Shown in pieces: positions 24,150-36,046 of a stretch of DNA of 64,000 nucleotides. The DNA lies in contig NC_086100.1 of the NCBI RefSeq assembly GCF_963921235.1, forward strand, positions 199,890,001-199,954,000, written 5' to 3'. The notes beneath the pieces are model-generated. The model was not told where the DNA came from and ran no database searches. It saw only the letters and a program-made list of their open reading frames with translations. Both the position numbers and the translations under genes were made by a program. The stretch is from Mobula hypostoma (lineage: Eukaryota). Position 1 is the first letter of the stretch. Each line of letters begins with the position of its first letter.

Positions 24150-25116
24150 CCACCGAATCCGGACAAACCAACGCCAACGTGTCAGGGGCTTCCGACACTC
24201 CCACATCACCCTCAAGAATTCCAGTCTCACTGACAGGTAGCCATCGTACGGGTAATCACCATCACTTATACCCCAATATCCAGGGCATTAAACAGGGTTA
24301 CAGGCAAATGCTTTAGATACTTGTTGTAGAACGACCGATACAATAAGGTAACCTGCGACCTGGTGTCGAGGATGGCCCTTGCAAAGATTCCCTCTATCCG
24401 TAGGGACACGCTGGAACGGGGTCCCACTAATCCGTCCGGAATAAGGGCTTGGGCTTGTAGGGGTCCCATGGTAGATTTCGAGGAACCTGTTCCTCCTGAG
24501 ACTCCAGTCCGTTCCCTCACTGAGTCTCTCCTAAGTTTCCTGACACGTCTCCCTTCTTAGTCGCCCGGGGGCTTGCCCTCCATGGGGCGTCTTGTCTCTC
24601 ACAATCCCTCCGGAAGTGTCCCTCTTCCCCACAGCTATAACACACCTCCTGCCGCTCACATTCCCGCCGGAAATGCCCCTCTTTCCTACAGTTATAGCAC
24701 ACGCTACCCGCCGCCCCTCTCCTCCCAGGACGCCCGCCACTCTCAGCCCTCTGCGCGGCCCATCCCCTGAAGGGGTGCTCTCCTTGTCAACCCACTCATG
24801 TGAGCGGTCCCTACCCACTTGGGTTTCTCGGTTCTCAACCTGGCTACCACCTCCTGTACCGCTGAGAATCGTCCCGGGTGGACAGAGTCCTCTCTCCAGC
24901 CCAACGCGCTCTAATCCTCCCGCACCTCTTTAATCAGCTGAACGAACGATGGAGGGGGGCTCCTTTTATAGGACTGCCGGAGACTCCAAGCCACCTTGTC
25001 CTCCTCCAGGGAACCCCTGGATATCTGATTTGTCCTCAACTTCACCACCTCTTCCGCCTTCACTACCCCGCGGCGCAGCATCCCAGTAACCATTATCTCC
25101 AGCCGAAAAATGTATT
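24150..25116 (-). pseudogene. Gag C-terminus with two CCHC knuckles, and aspartic protease
   Basis: CYNCRKEGHFRREC and CYSCGEEGHFRRDC; ILDTRSQVTLL. Confidence 0.85.
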
Positions 25117-25800
25117 AGAAACATAGAAACAGAGAAAATAGGTGCAGGAGTAGGCCATTCGGCCCTTCGAGCCTGCACCGCCATTTATTATGATCACGGC
25201 TGATCATCCAACTCAGAACCCCGCCCCAGCCTTCCCTCCATACCCCCTGACCCCCGTAGCCACAAGGGCCCTATCTAACTCCCTCTTAAATATAGCCAAT
25301 GAACTGGCCTCAACTGTTTCCTGTGGCAGAGAATTCCACAGATTCACCACTCTCTGTGTGAAGAAGTTTTTCCTAATCTCGGTCCTAAAAGGCTTCCCCT
25401 CTATCCTCAAACTGTGGCCCCTCGTTTTGGACTTCCCCAACATCGGGAACAATCTTCCTGTATCTAGCCTGTCCAATCCCTTTAGGATCTTATACGTTTC
25501 AATCAGATCCCCCCTCAATCTTCTAACTTCCAACGAGTACAAGCCCGGTTCATCCAGTCTTTCTTCATATGAAAGTCCTGCCATCCCAGGAATCAATCTG
25601 GTGAACCTTCTTTGTACTCCCTCTATGGCAAAGATGTCTTTCCTCAGATTAGGGGACCAAAACTGCACACAATACTCCAGGTATTTTCAATGACTTTCAA
25701 TGACTGGTGTATAATGACACCCAGGTCTCGTTGCACCTCCCCTTTTCCTAATCGGCCACCATTCAGATAATAATCTGTTTTCCTATTTTTGCCACCAAAA

Positions 25801-27413
25801 TTTGGCAGAATAAGAATCCGAGACTGGGTAAAATACATTTACAGAAAGCTAAGAGAGATGGAGGTTTAGCATTACCTAACTTTAGATTTTATTATTGGGC
25901 TATTAATATTCGACATATGAAATTTTGGTTACTTGACCGGGACATACTATCTATTCCTAAATGGGTAGCATTGGAATTACAATCTGTTCAGGGTTATACA
26001 CTTGGTTCTATTTTAGGTTCCTCTCTTCCTTTTGATTCGAAACGCCTTAAGCAGGTCTCTAACCCGATAGTTAAATATGCTTTGCGCATTTGGTTTCAAT
26101 TCAGAAAATTTTTTGATCTTAATCAATTCGGGTTAGCGATTCCTATTTTAGGTAACATATTTTTTCCTCCCTCTTTTACGGATCGCGCTTTTCAAACTTG
26201 GAAGACTAAGGGTATTTTACGGTTTTTGGATTTATTTTTAGATGGTTCCCTTATGTCTTTTGAACAATTATCTAATAAATATAACTTATCAAGAATACAT
26301 TTTTTTAGATATTTACAAGTTAGAAATTTCCTAAGTACTATACTTTCTTCCTTTCCAATGCTTCCTCCTATATATATTTTAGATTCGATAATTAACCTTA
26401 ATCCATGTCAGAAAGGTGCATCGGCTATGATTTATAATATTATTATGAAACTTAGGAAAGCTCCATTTGATAAGATTAGGGTAGATTGGGAACAGGAATT
26501 GGGGCTTACCATTTCTGTGGATGATTGGGGGCAGATTTTACAATTAGTTAATACTTCCTCTATTTGTGCTAAACATTCCCTAATTCAATTTAAAGTGGTT
26601 CATAGAGCACATATGTCCAAAGATAAGTTAGCGTGTTTTTACTCGCATATCAATCCTTTCTGTGATAGATGTTCGGGGCAGATAGCCTCTTTAACTCATA
26701 TGTTTTGGTCTTGCCCTCCTTTGGAAACTTTTTGGAGAGATATTTTCAATATTATTTCTAAGGTATTAAATATAGATATCTCTCCTCACCCTATTACTGC
26801 TATCTTTGGACTACCTAAAATTTCTAGTAATCTTTCCCCTTCAGCCCGTAGAATGATTGCATTTCTTACTTTAATGGCGAAAAGATGTATTTTACAACAT
26901 TGGAAAGAGCTTAATTCTCCAACTACCTTTTTTTGGTTTTCTCAGACGATTTTATGTTTGAATTTGGAGAAAATTAGAAGTAACCTTTATGATTCTTCAT
27001 TTAAATTTGAACAGATTTGGGGACCTTTTATTCGATATTTTCATTTAATGTAATATTTACCCTTCTTGTTTTTTTTTCACTGTTTTAATGGAGGTCGGGA
27101 TTGAGGACGTGATTTTAAGTTTAACTCTGTTTGGTTTCAAGTTAGCCCATTGCTTTGCCTTGCTTTTAGTTAGCTGCACGGTGGGTTTTTTTTTTGGGTT
27201 TTTTTTTCTTTTTTTTCCATTGATATATATAAAATTTAGTATACTATTATGTTATCTTGGTTTCTTATGCTTAAATTACATTGTTTGTAGCATTTTCTTT
27301 TTGGTATTGTTATCTTTTGGAATTTTATTATACTTTAACATTGTATTAATGTTTATATGGCTTACCTTTTTTGTATACTTACTCAATAAAAAGATTTAAA
27401 AAGAAAGAAAAAA
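25801..27413 (+). mobile_element. 5'-truncated L1-clade LINE (ORF2 C-terminus, 3' UTR, A-rich tail)
   Basis: WQNKNPRL..GGLALPNFRFYYWA; CDRC..THMFWSC; T-rich UTR; AATAAA at 27385-90; A-rich tail to 27413. Confidence 0.9.
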
Positions 27414-29501
27414 GCATCCTCCTCACTGCTAACGCAGCCGCCCAGCTTCATGTCATCCGCAAACTTGGAGGTGCTGCATTTAATTTCCTCGCTAAGTCAT
27501 TAATATATATTGTAAACAACTGGGGTCCCGGCACTGAGCCTTGCGGTACCCCACTAGTCACCGCCTGCCATTCTGAAAAGGTCCCGTTTATTCCCACTCT
27601 TTGCTTCCTGTCTGCTAACCAATTCTCCACCCACACCAATACCTTACCCCCAATACCGTGTGCTTTAAGTTTGCACACTAATCTCCTGTGTGGGACCTTG
27701 TCAAAAGCCTTTTTAAAATCCAAATATACCACATCCACTGGTTCTCCCCTATCCACTCTACTAGTTACATCCTCAAAAAATTCTATGAGATTCGTCAGAC
27801 ATGATTTTCCTTTCACAAATCCATGCTGACTTTGTCCGATCATTTCACCGCTTTCCAAATGTGCTGTTATCACATCTTTGATAACTGACTCCAGCAGTTT
27901 CCCCACCACCGACGTTAGGCTAACCGGTCTATAATTCCCCGGTTTCTCTCTCCCTCCTTTTTTAAAAAGTGGAGTTACATTAGCCACCCTCCAATCCTCA
28001 GGAACTAGTCCAGAATCTAACGAGTTTTGAAAAATTATCACTTATGCATCCACTATTTCTTGGGCTACTTCCTTAAGCACTCTAGGATGCAGACCATCCG
28101 GCCCTGGGGATTTATCTGCCTTCAATCCCTTCAATTTACCTAACACCACTTCCCTACTAACATGTAGTTTGCTCATTTCCTCCATCTCACTGGACCCTCT
28201 GTCCCCTACTATTTCTGGAAGATTATTTATGTCCTCCTTAGTGAAGACAGAACCAAAGTAATTATTCAATTGGTCTGCCATGTCCTTGCTCCCCATAATC
28301 AATTCACCTGTTTCTGTCTGCAGGGGACCTACATTTGTCTTTACCAGTCTTTTTCTTTTTACATATCTATAAAAGCTTTTACAGTCCGTTTTTATGTTCC
28401 CTGCCAGTTTCCTCTCATAATCTTTTTTCCCCTTCCTAATTAAGCCCTTTGTCCTCCTCTGCTGAACTCTGAATTTCTCCCAGTCCTCAGGTGAGCCACT
28501 TTCTCTGGCTAATTTGTATGCTTCTTCTTTGGAATTGATACTATCCCTAATTTCTCTTGTCAGCCACGGGTGCACTACCTTCCTTGATTTATTGTTTTGC
28601 CAAACAGGGATGAACAATTGTTGTAGTTCATCCATGCAACCTTTAAATGCTTGCCATTGCATATCCACCGTCAATCCTTTAAGTGTCATTTGCTAGTCTA
28701 TCTTAGCTAATTCACGTCTCATACCTTCAAAGTTACCCCTCTTTAAGTTCAGAACCTTTGTTTCTGAATTAACTATGTCACTCTCCATCTTAATGAAGAA
28801 TTCCACCATATTATGGTCACTCTTACCCAAGGGGCCTCTCACGACAAGATTGCTAATTAACCCTTCCTCATTGCTCAAAACCCAGTCCAGAATAGCCTGC
28901 TCTCTAGTTGGTTCCTCGACATGTTGGTTCAAAAAACCATCCCGCATACATTCCAAGAAATCCTCTTCCTCAGCACCTTTACCAATTTGGTTCACCCAAT
29001 CTACATGTAGATTGAAGTCACCCATTATAACTGCTGTTCCTTTATTGCACACATTTCTAATTTCCTGTTTAATACCATCTCCGACCTCACTACTACTGTT
29101 AGGTGGCCTGTACACAACTCCCACCAGCGTCTTCTGCCCCTTAGTGTTACGCAGCTCTACCCATATCGATTCCACATCTTCCCGGCTTATGTCCTTCCTT
29201 TCTATTGCGTTAATCTCTTCTTTAACCAGCAACGCAACCCCACCTCCCCTTCCTTCATGTCTATCCCTCCTGAATATTGAATATCCCTGAACGTTGAGCT
29301 CCCATCCTTGGTCACCCTGGAGCCATGTCTCTGTGATCCCAACTATATCGTAATCATTAATAACAATCTGCACTTTCAGTTCATCCACCTTATTACGAAT
29401 GCTCCTTGCATTGACACACAAAGCCTTCAGGCGCTCTTTTACAACTCTCTTAGCCCTTATACAATTATGTTGAAAAGTGGCCCTTTTTAATGCTTGCCCT
29501 G

Positions 29502-29611
29502 AAACGTCGACTGCACCTCTTCCTATAGATGCTGCTTGGCCTGCTGCGTTCACCAGCAACTTTGATGTATGTTGCTTGAATTTCCAGCATCTGCAGAATT
29601 CCTGTTGTTTG
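29502..29611 (+). mobile_element. Short PLE pLTR insert with 19-bp TSD
   Basis: TSD ctttttaatgcttgccctg (29483-501, 29612-630). The uninterrupted paralog is at ~60866-60895. Begins at the hammerhead GAAACGTC. Confidence 0.85.
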
Positions 29612-29836
29612 CTTTTTAATGCTTGCCCTGGATTTGTCGCCTGCCACTTTTACTTTTTTCCTTAGTACTTTTTGCTTCTACCCTCACTTTACATCCCTCT
29701 GTCTCTCTGCACTGGTTCCCATCCCCCTGTTGTGAACTAACCTCCTCAAGCCTAGCCTCTTTAATTTGATTCCCACCCCCCAACCATTCTAGTTTAAAGT
29801 CACCTCAGTAGCCCTCGCTAATCTCCCTGCCAGGAT

Positions 29837-30709
29837 CTGAGAGCTTTTCTCCTCTTACTCTGCCGCATGTTTTGAAACTCCCCAAAAAGCTCCCAGGAAC
29901 CTCCCCTCAATCCAAACGCACCCTCCAAAGCTTCCAGATACTCCGCCAGGGAAGCTGGGGGCTGTTCAGCTTTCAGCCCCCGGACGACACCAGCCGTCTC
30001 TCCCCGCAAACTTTCCACCAATCGCTGTCTCTTTTCCTCATCTGAGCCTGGCCGCTCCCCTAACAACTGGGACGTGTTTTCCATCCTTGTCTCATAATCG
30101 TCCTGCCCTTCCGGGGTAGGCGTGGCTCCTGAGAAAATTCTCAGCTTCTGGAGGGGCCCCTCGGTCCTTCTCACCAGGGAGGTAATGGCGGCTGCCAACT
30201 CGGAGATCCCACCTCTAGCTGGGGGACAGGTCTGACCAATCCTTCCCACTCTGACCCCTCTTGCCCCTCCTCCCTCATTACCCTCAGAACTCATTTCCTC
30301 ACAAATTCCTTCAACCCTCCACCGCTGGCTACCGGCACCTCCCCAGTGCCTCATCAAACTCTTCCTCCGGTGTCTCCTCACATTCGTCCTCCTGGGGGGG
30401 GGGGGTGTGGAGGCCCCATGGCCCCGCCTCCCCCAGGACACTGACCATCGCTGGCAGTTCCAACGTCATGACGTCAGCACTCATACGATCCAACACCCAG
30501 CCGGATTCCACTTCTTTACTGCACCTTCTAGCTATCAGTTCTACCTTGCCGATAGCTTTAATCAGACTCAAACCTCGCTCTAGAACTTCTTCCGAAGTGC
30601 GGAAATCCACCCCACTTAACACGCACGCATGATTAATCGGTACGTCCTTGAACTCACACCAGTTTACAATCCTATCCTGGTCCGTATCCGCACTACTTAA
30701 TCTTGGCAC
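29837..30709 (-). pseudogene. Gag N-terminus, PNMA-like
   Basis: IVNWCEFKDVPINHACVLSGV..SEEVLE; KLRIFSG..P..EGQDDYET..EKRQRLVESLRG. Confidence 0.85.
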
Positions 30710-30736
30710 TATTTACACAGCTTCCACAGAATTCAA

Positions 30737-30755
30737 CCCCGGACGATGGCCCCCA
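30737..30755 (-). promoter_or_regulatory. Primer binding site, tRNA-Pro-like
   Basis: Minus strand tgggggccatcgtccgggg vs the canonical Pro PBS TGGGGGCTCGTCCGGGAT; adjacent to the 5' LTR. Confidence 0.7.
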
Positions 30756-30759
30756 CAAA

Positions 30760-31376
30760 TGTAACGCTCAGGCTATCGGCTCGTGTTTATCTCGGGGAAA
30801 ACTCATCCGCCCGTCAAACCGTGTCTCACGTTTCGCGTAGTTGCTGTGTAATGCACCCTGGTTCAAACTCACACCTCAAATATCAGACAGTACACAATGT
30901 ACGATTTACAGATTACAATTTATAGATCTTACTGGAACTATGTAATTAATAGAGATACAATATAAAAGGAAAGTAAAAGGCGCCAAACTTATCAGAGTTC
31001 AACCATTTCGTGCACAACCGTTGGAGCTCAATTAACAGAGTCTTTTTTCCACCATTTGATCTCCTCCGACCTCCTCGACCTGCTGCCTGGGACCAACCAC
31101 GGTGGTCGACCAGAGCGTGTCCTCTTTGGTTCTCCTCCCGAAAACCTGCCAAACCACACAGTTCCCAGCCATATGAGACAGAATATCACCCACAAAAAGA
31201 ATAACATGGACGCTCATTGGTTCGTTTTTCTTCCTTATCAATAATATAACCCAAACAAGCAGAGAGAGAGAACTCCTTACGTCGCAGTTTTTATTACAAG
31301 AAAAGCCATTTTATATAACATACAAAGAAGCCATTTTAGATACCTCAGCAGCCAGTGTAACCAAGACCTAGTTACA
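30760..31376 (-). repeat. 5' LTR
   Basis: tgtaacgctc...tagttaca. Confidence 0.95.
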
Positions 31377-32154
31377 CCTATAAAACCAGGGTACAGTAAC
31401 AGAGGTCACACTGAGAGTCTGAAGCAGTCAGTCACTGGCCGGGTCACTGACAGAAACAGCTGGTTCATCACTCACTCTGCCTTTTGCTGTTTTACTTTGG
31501 TTTAGACTGATTCACTGTTGTCTCTGGAATTCAGTTCACCCACATTCCACATGTTATTTCTGACAGAGTGTGATCAGTGAGACAGTGTGATTGGAATTAC
31601 AGACACAGGAGGAAGCTTCTACTGACTGAGGATCAGTTATCTCCTCCCACCTGTCCACCTTTCCCTTCTGCTTTTAAGCTCACCAGGCTGTTCCTGTGAT
31701 TGTTATGGAGTCTGACCCCATAACACTCCCCCATGGACACGGCATCCCCATGCTGAGGGATATTCCCCAACAGCTGCTCAAGTGTGGCTGCATCTCCTGT
31801 AGAACCATCTTCAGACAGACTCAAAAATATCTCCTGGACACAGTTTATCAGTTCATCTGTCTGACCAGTCAGTCTCCTTACATTTACTCAGATGTATTTT
31901 AGCCCTGCAGTCCGCCTTGAGCTTTATTAAACCAGCTGTGATCTGCCCACTAGAGTGACCTCGTTTTCTTTTTATATTTGACAGTATCATCTCCCTTCCT
32001 GGTCATAGTCTCTGTGTGCCCCCACCCTGTCAGATAAGCTTAAACCCACCCCAACAGCACCAGTAAACTCCCTGTAGGGATATTGACTCCATCCTGGATT
32101 GGGCACAAACCACTCGGCTTGTAAAGATCCCGCATTGCTCCGAAACATTCTCAG

Positions 32155-32488
32155 TGATGCAGATAGTCAGAGGCTTTTTTCCAGGGCTGAAATGGCCGCT
32201 ACAAGAGGGCACAGGTTTAAGGTGCTTGGAAGTAGGTACAGAGGAGATGTCGGGGAAAGTTTTTTATGCAGAGAGTGGTGAATGCATGGAATAGGCTGCT
32301 GGCGGCAGTGGTGCAGGCAGAAACAATAGGATCTTTTAAAAGACTCCTGGATGGCTACATGGAGCTTAGAAAAGAGAGGGCTATGGGTAAAGCCTAGGTA
32401 GTTCCAAGGTAGGGACATGTACGGCCCAGCTTTGTGAGCCGAAGGGCCTGCATTTTGCTGTATGTTTTCTATGTTTTCTATGTTTCTA
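32155..32488 (+). mobile_element. CR1 3' end fragment (subfamily B)
   Basis: SQRLFSR..TRGHRFKVLG; (ttttctatg)n tail. Confidence 0.85.
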
Positions 32489-33087
32489 AATCTAAACCCC
32501 TCTCTCCTATACCATCACTCAGCTGTGTTCATCTGACCTATCCTCCTGTTCTCCTACACTCAGGAGTGTGTGGCACTGAAAGTAATGGAGAGAATGAAAC
32601 CACCAGCAAGATTCTTTGTCGATAAACACTGCCTGTTACAATGTAACATCCCTGCCTTTATCTTTATTTCAGTGAACAATCCACCCTTGCTGCTCACCAA
32701 TCAGCTGTTTCCACTGATACACATCACTTCCTGAATGGTGACATTCAGCTCTTCCAATGGTCTCGACAAGGTAGGTGGGCTCTAAGTATGCAATGGTCTG
32801 TCCCACGTCTCTCCCCCAGGTCCTCCTCACTCACCTCTGCTGCCTTCTTAATTCCCCAAATCCACACAGCATCATATTGTTATAGAGACTCCGGACCAAC
32901 TTGTCCATCCTGAACATGATTCCCATCTGAGCCTGTTGTATTTCCCTGCAGTTTGCCCGGAGATCTACAGGTTCTTGGTTATTTTATTTATTTCAAATAA
33001 AATCAAGTGTAATTGTCTTTCAAACCATACATGGATACAGCCGAATGAGACAGCCTTCCTCTGGGGCCAAGGTACAAAAATTAGTTT

Positions 33088-33350
33088 TGATATACAGCGT
33101 GGAATAGGCCCTTCCAGCTGGTCGAGGTGGGTCACACTAGTAATACCCGAGAACCCTGATTTAACCCTATCCACATCACGGGACAATTTACAATTCCCAA
33201 CTCACCCACCCAGTATGTCTAACTGTGGGAGAAACCCACTCATCCCATGAGGAGGGTGTACAGTGAGTCCTGACAATGATGCCATCATGAAACTCTGAAC
33301 CCCAAGCTGTAATACCATCACGCTAACTTCTGTGCCACCATGGCGACCAG
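33088..33350 (-). mobile_element. Degenerate V-SINE/HE1-like SINE
   Basis: Minus strand: tRNA-like head ggtggcacagaagttagcg, central gtgggtttctcccacag, CR1-like tail gaagggcctattcc..ctgtat. A related fragment lies at ~36400-36600. Confidence 0.55.
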
Positions 33351-33599
33351 TATGAGTGTGAAAAGTTACGGGGAGAAGGCAGGAGAGCGTGGTTGAATGG
33401 ATTAGTGAAACAGTCAGGATGGAATGGCAGAGTTGACTCGATAGGACGAATGGCCTAATTCTGGTCTGATGCTCAAGTTGTTTGTATAAGTAGAGAACAA
33501 CAGATGTCCCAGAACCAATCCTCGTGGTACACCACTCATCACATAAAAGTATTACGTTATGTTACATTAATAAACAAAACAGTTGTGCCAAAAGAGAGC

Positions 33600-33812
33600 A
33601 AGATGGTGACGTAGTGTTCATGGGTTCATGGACTGTTCAGAAATCAGATGGCAGAGGGGAAGAAGCTGTTCCTGAAACATTGAGTGCAGGTCTTCATGTT
33701 CCTGTACCTCCTGCCTGATGGTAGCAATGAGAGGAGGGGTTGTCCCAGATGGTGAGGGTCCTTAATGATGGATGCTGCCTTCTTAAGGTATCGCCGTTTG
33801 AAGATGTCCTCG
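33600..33812 (-). mobile_element. Rex1/Babar-like 3' fragment
   Basis: IEDIFKRRYLKKAASIIKDPHH..LLPSGRRYR..FRNSFFPSAI. Confidence 0.8.
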
Positions 33813-35295
33813 ATGCCTGTCTTTTTGTCAGCTATGTGGAACAGTCCATCTTCCAATCCGACACCAGTACCGCTCCCCAACTCTTCCTATGCTACATGGA
33901 TGACTGCATTCGTGCTGCCCCCTGCACCCGTGCTGGGCTCATCGACTTCTCCAACTTTGTTTCCAAATTCTACTGTGCCCTCAAATTTACATGGTCCATT
34001 TCTGACACCACCCTTCCCTTTCTCGATCTGTCTCTATCTCTGGAGAAAGACTATCCACTGATATATTTTATAAACCCACTGATTCTCACAGCTACCTGGA
34101 CTATACCTCCTCCCACCCTGTCAACTGTAAAAATGCCATCGCTTCTCATAGTTCCTTCATCTCTACCACATCTGCTCTTAGGATAAGGCTTTTCTTTCCA
34201 ACCCTAATGAGATGTCCTGCTTTTTCAAAGAAAGGGGTTTTCTTCCTCCACCATTAATGCTGCCTTCACCCATATCTCTTCCATTTCGTACACATATGCC
34301 CTCACCCCAACCAGGAATAGGGCTCCTCTTGTCCTCTCCTACCACCCCACCAGCCTCCACGTCCAGCACATAATTCTCCGTAATTTCCGCCATCTCCAAC
34401 AGGATCCCACCACCAAGCACATCTGCACCCCCTGCTCCACTTTCCACTTTCCGTATGTGACTCCCTTGTTGACTCATCCCTCCCACTGATCTCTCGCTCA
34501 GTACTTAACCTTGCAAGTGGCACAAGTGCTACACCTGCCCCTACACCTTCTCCCTCACTACCAGTCAGTGCCCCAAACAGTCCTTCTGGGTGAGGCGCCA
34601 TAATCTGTGAGTCTATAGGGGTCATCTACCGTATCCAGTGTTCCCAGTGTGGCTTCCTGTATGCCAGTGAGACCCAATGTAGATGCTCGGAGACCACTTC
34701 GCTTAGCACCTACAATCCATCCACCAGAAAAAGCGGGATCTCCTAGTAGACACCCATTTCAATTCTACTTCCTATGCCCATTCCAATATGTCAGTCCATG
34801 GCCTTCTCTACTGCAGCAATCAGGCCACACTTAGGTTGGAGGAACAACATCTTATGTTCCATCTGGTTAGCCACCAACATGATGGCGTGAACATCGATTT
34901 ATCAAAGTTCTACCCACCTATTTACCATTCTCCAGTCCTGTTTCCTTCTCGCACAATTCTCCTTACCTGCCCATCACCACATTCTGGTGCTCTTCCTCCT
35001 TCCCTCTCTTCCATGGTCTTCTGCCCTCTCCTGTCAGATTCCTCTTCCTCCAGCCCTTTATCTCTTTACCAATCAACTTCCTCCCCCCTCCATTTCACCT
35101 ATCACCTACCATCTCCCTCCCCTTCCCCCACCTTCTTACTCTGACCTCATCCTTTTCGCCAGTCCTCATGAAGGTTCTCATCCCGAAATGTCGACTGCTT
35201 ATTCTTTTCCATAGATGCTGCCTGGGTTGCTGAGTTCCTCCAGCATTTTGCGTGTGTCACCTTGGATTTCCAGCCTGTGCAGATGTACTCATGTT
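33813..35295 (+). mobile_element. Older Penelope-like element: RT C-terminus, GIY-YIG, pLTR
   Basis: CLFVSYVEQ..YMDDCI..LKFTW..LPFLDL; GIY-YIG remnants; decayed hammerhead at 35161-35196 (CTCATGA core). Confidence 0.88.
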
Positions 35296-35982
35296 AGAGC
35301 CATGCCTTTATTCTTTCTACCAAAGTGCATGACCATACACTTCCTCAAATTATATTCCAGCTATTACTTCTTGCCCATTCTCCAATGTATCTAAGTCCTT
35401 CTGCAGACTCCCTACATCCACGACTCTATTTGCACCTCCACCTATCTTCGTATCATCTGCAAACTTGGCCATAAAACCATCAATTCCATCATACACCGTT
35501 GACATATAACGTGGAATGAAGTCGTCCCAATACCCGTAACCACGGGACACTACACGTTACTCGCATCCAACCAGAAAAGGCTCCATTTATTCCCACTCTT
35601 TGCCTCCAGCCAATCAGCCACTGCTTTATCCATGCTAGTATCTTTCCCGTGACATCATGGGCTCATAGCTTGTTAAGCAGCCTCATATGTGTCACCTTCT
35701 CAAAGGCCTTCTGAAAATCCGAATACACAACATCAACTGATTCCCCTTTGTCTATCCTGCTTGTTATTTCCTCAGAGTTCCACAAGATTTGTCAGGTAAG
35801 ATTTTCCTTTGAGAAAACCATGCTGACTTTGAACTCATGTGCTTCCAAATATTCCAAAATCTCATCCTTAATAATGGTTTCCAACATCTTTCCAACTAAT
35901 GAAGTCAGACTAACTGGTCTATAATATCCTTTCTTCTGCCTCCCTCCTTTTTAAAGAGTGGACTGACATTTGCAATTTTCAG
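35296..35982 (-). mobile_element. CR1 RT fragment
   Basis: KFADDTKIGG; YRPVSLTS on the minus strand. Confidence 0.85.
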
Positions 35983-36046
35983 ACAAATTTAAAGTTCAAA
36001 GTAAATTTATTATGAAAGTACATATATATAACCATATGCAACCCTG

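Larger units (their letters stand above)
25117..29836 (-). mobile_element. Long CR1 (subfamily A) with near-complete ORF2, inserted in Gypsy gag
   Basis: Endonuclease VNARSI, GITETW, VYRPP, MGDFN, SDHN; RT motifs; tail agaaacatagaaac. Removing it restores gag GEKLSEYIFRLE. Confidence 0.93.
19497..31376 (-). mobile_element. Full-length Ty3/Gypsy LTR retrotransposon with PNMA-type gag (decayed, with nested insertions)
   Basis: Two LTRs with TG..CA ends, PBS, PPT, gag-PR-RT-RH-IN order; 4-bp TSD tcta/ccta. Confidence 0.95.

Noticed and set aside
29818..30709. Domesticated PNMA host gene
   Set aside because: It lies between LTRs with a PBS, is frameshifted and is interrupted by CR1.
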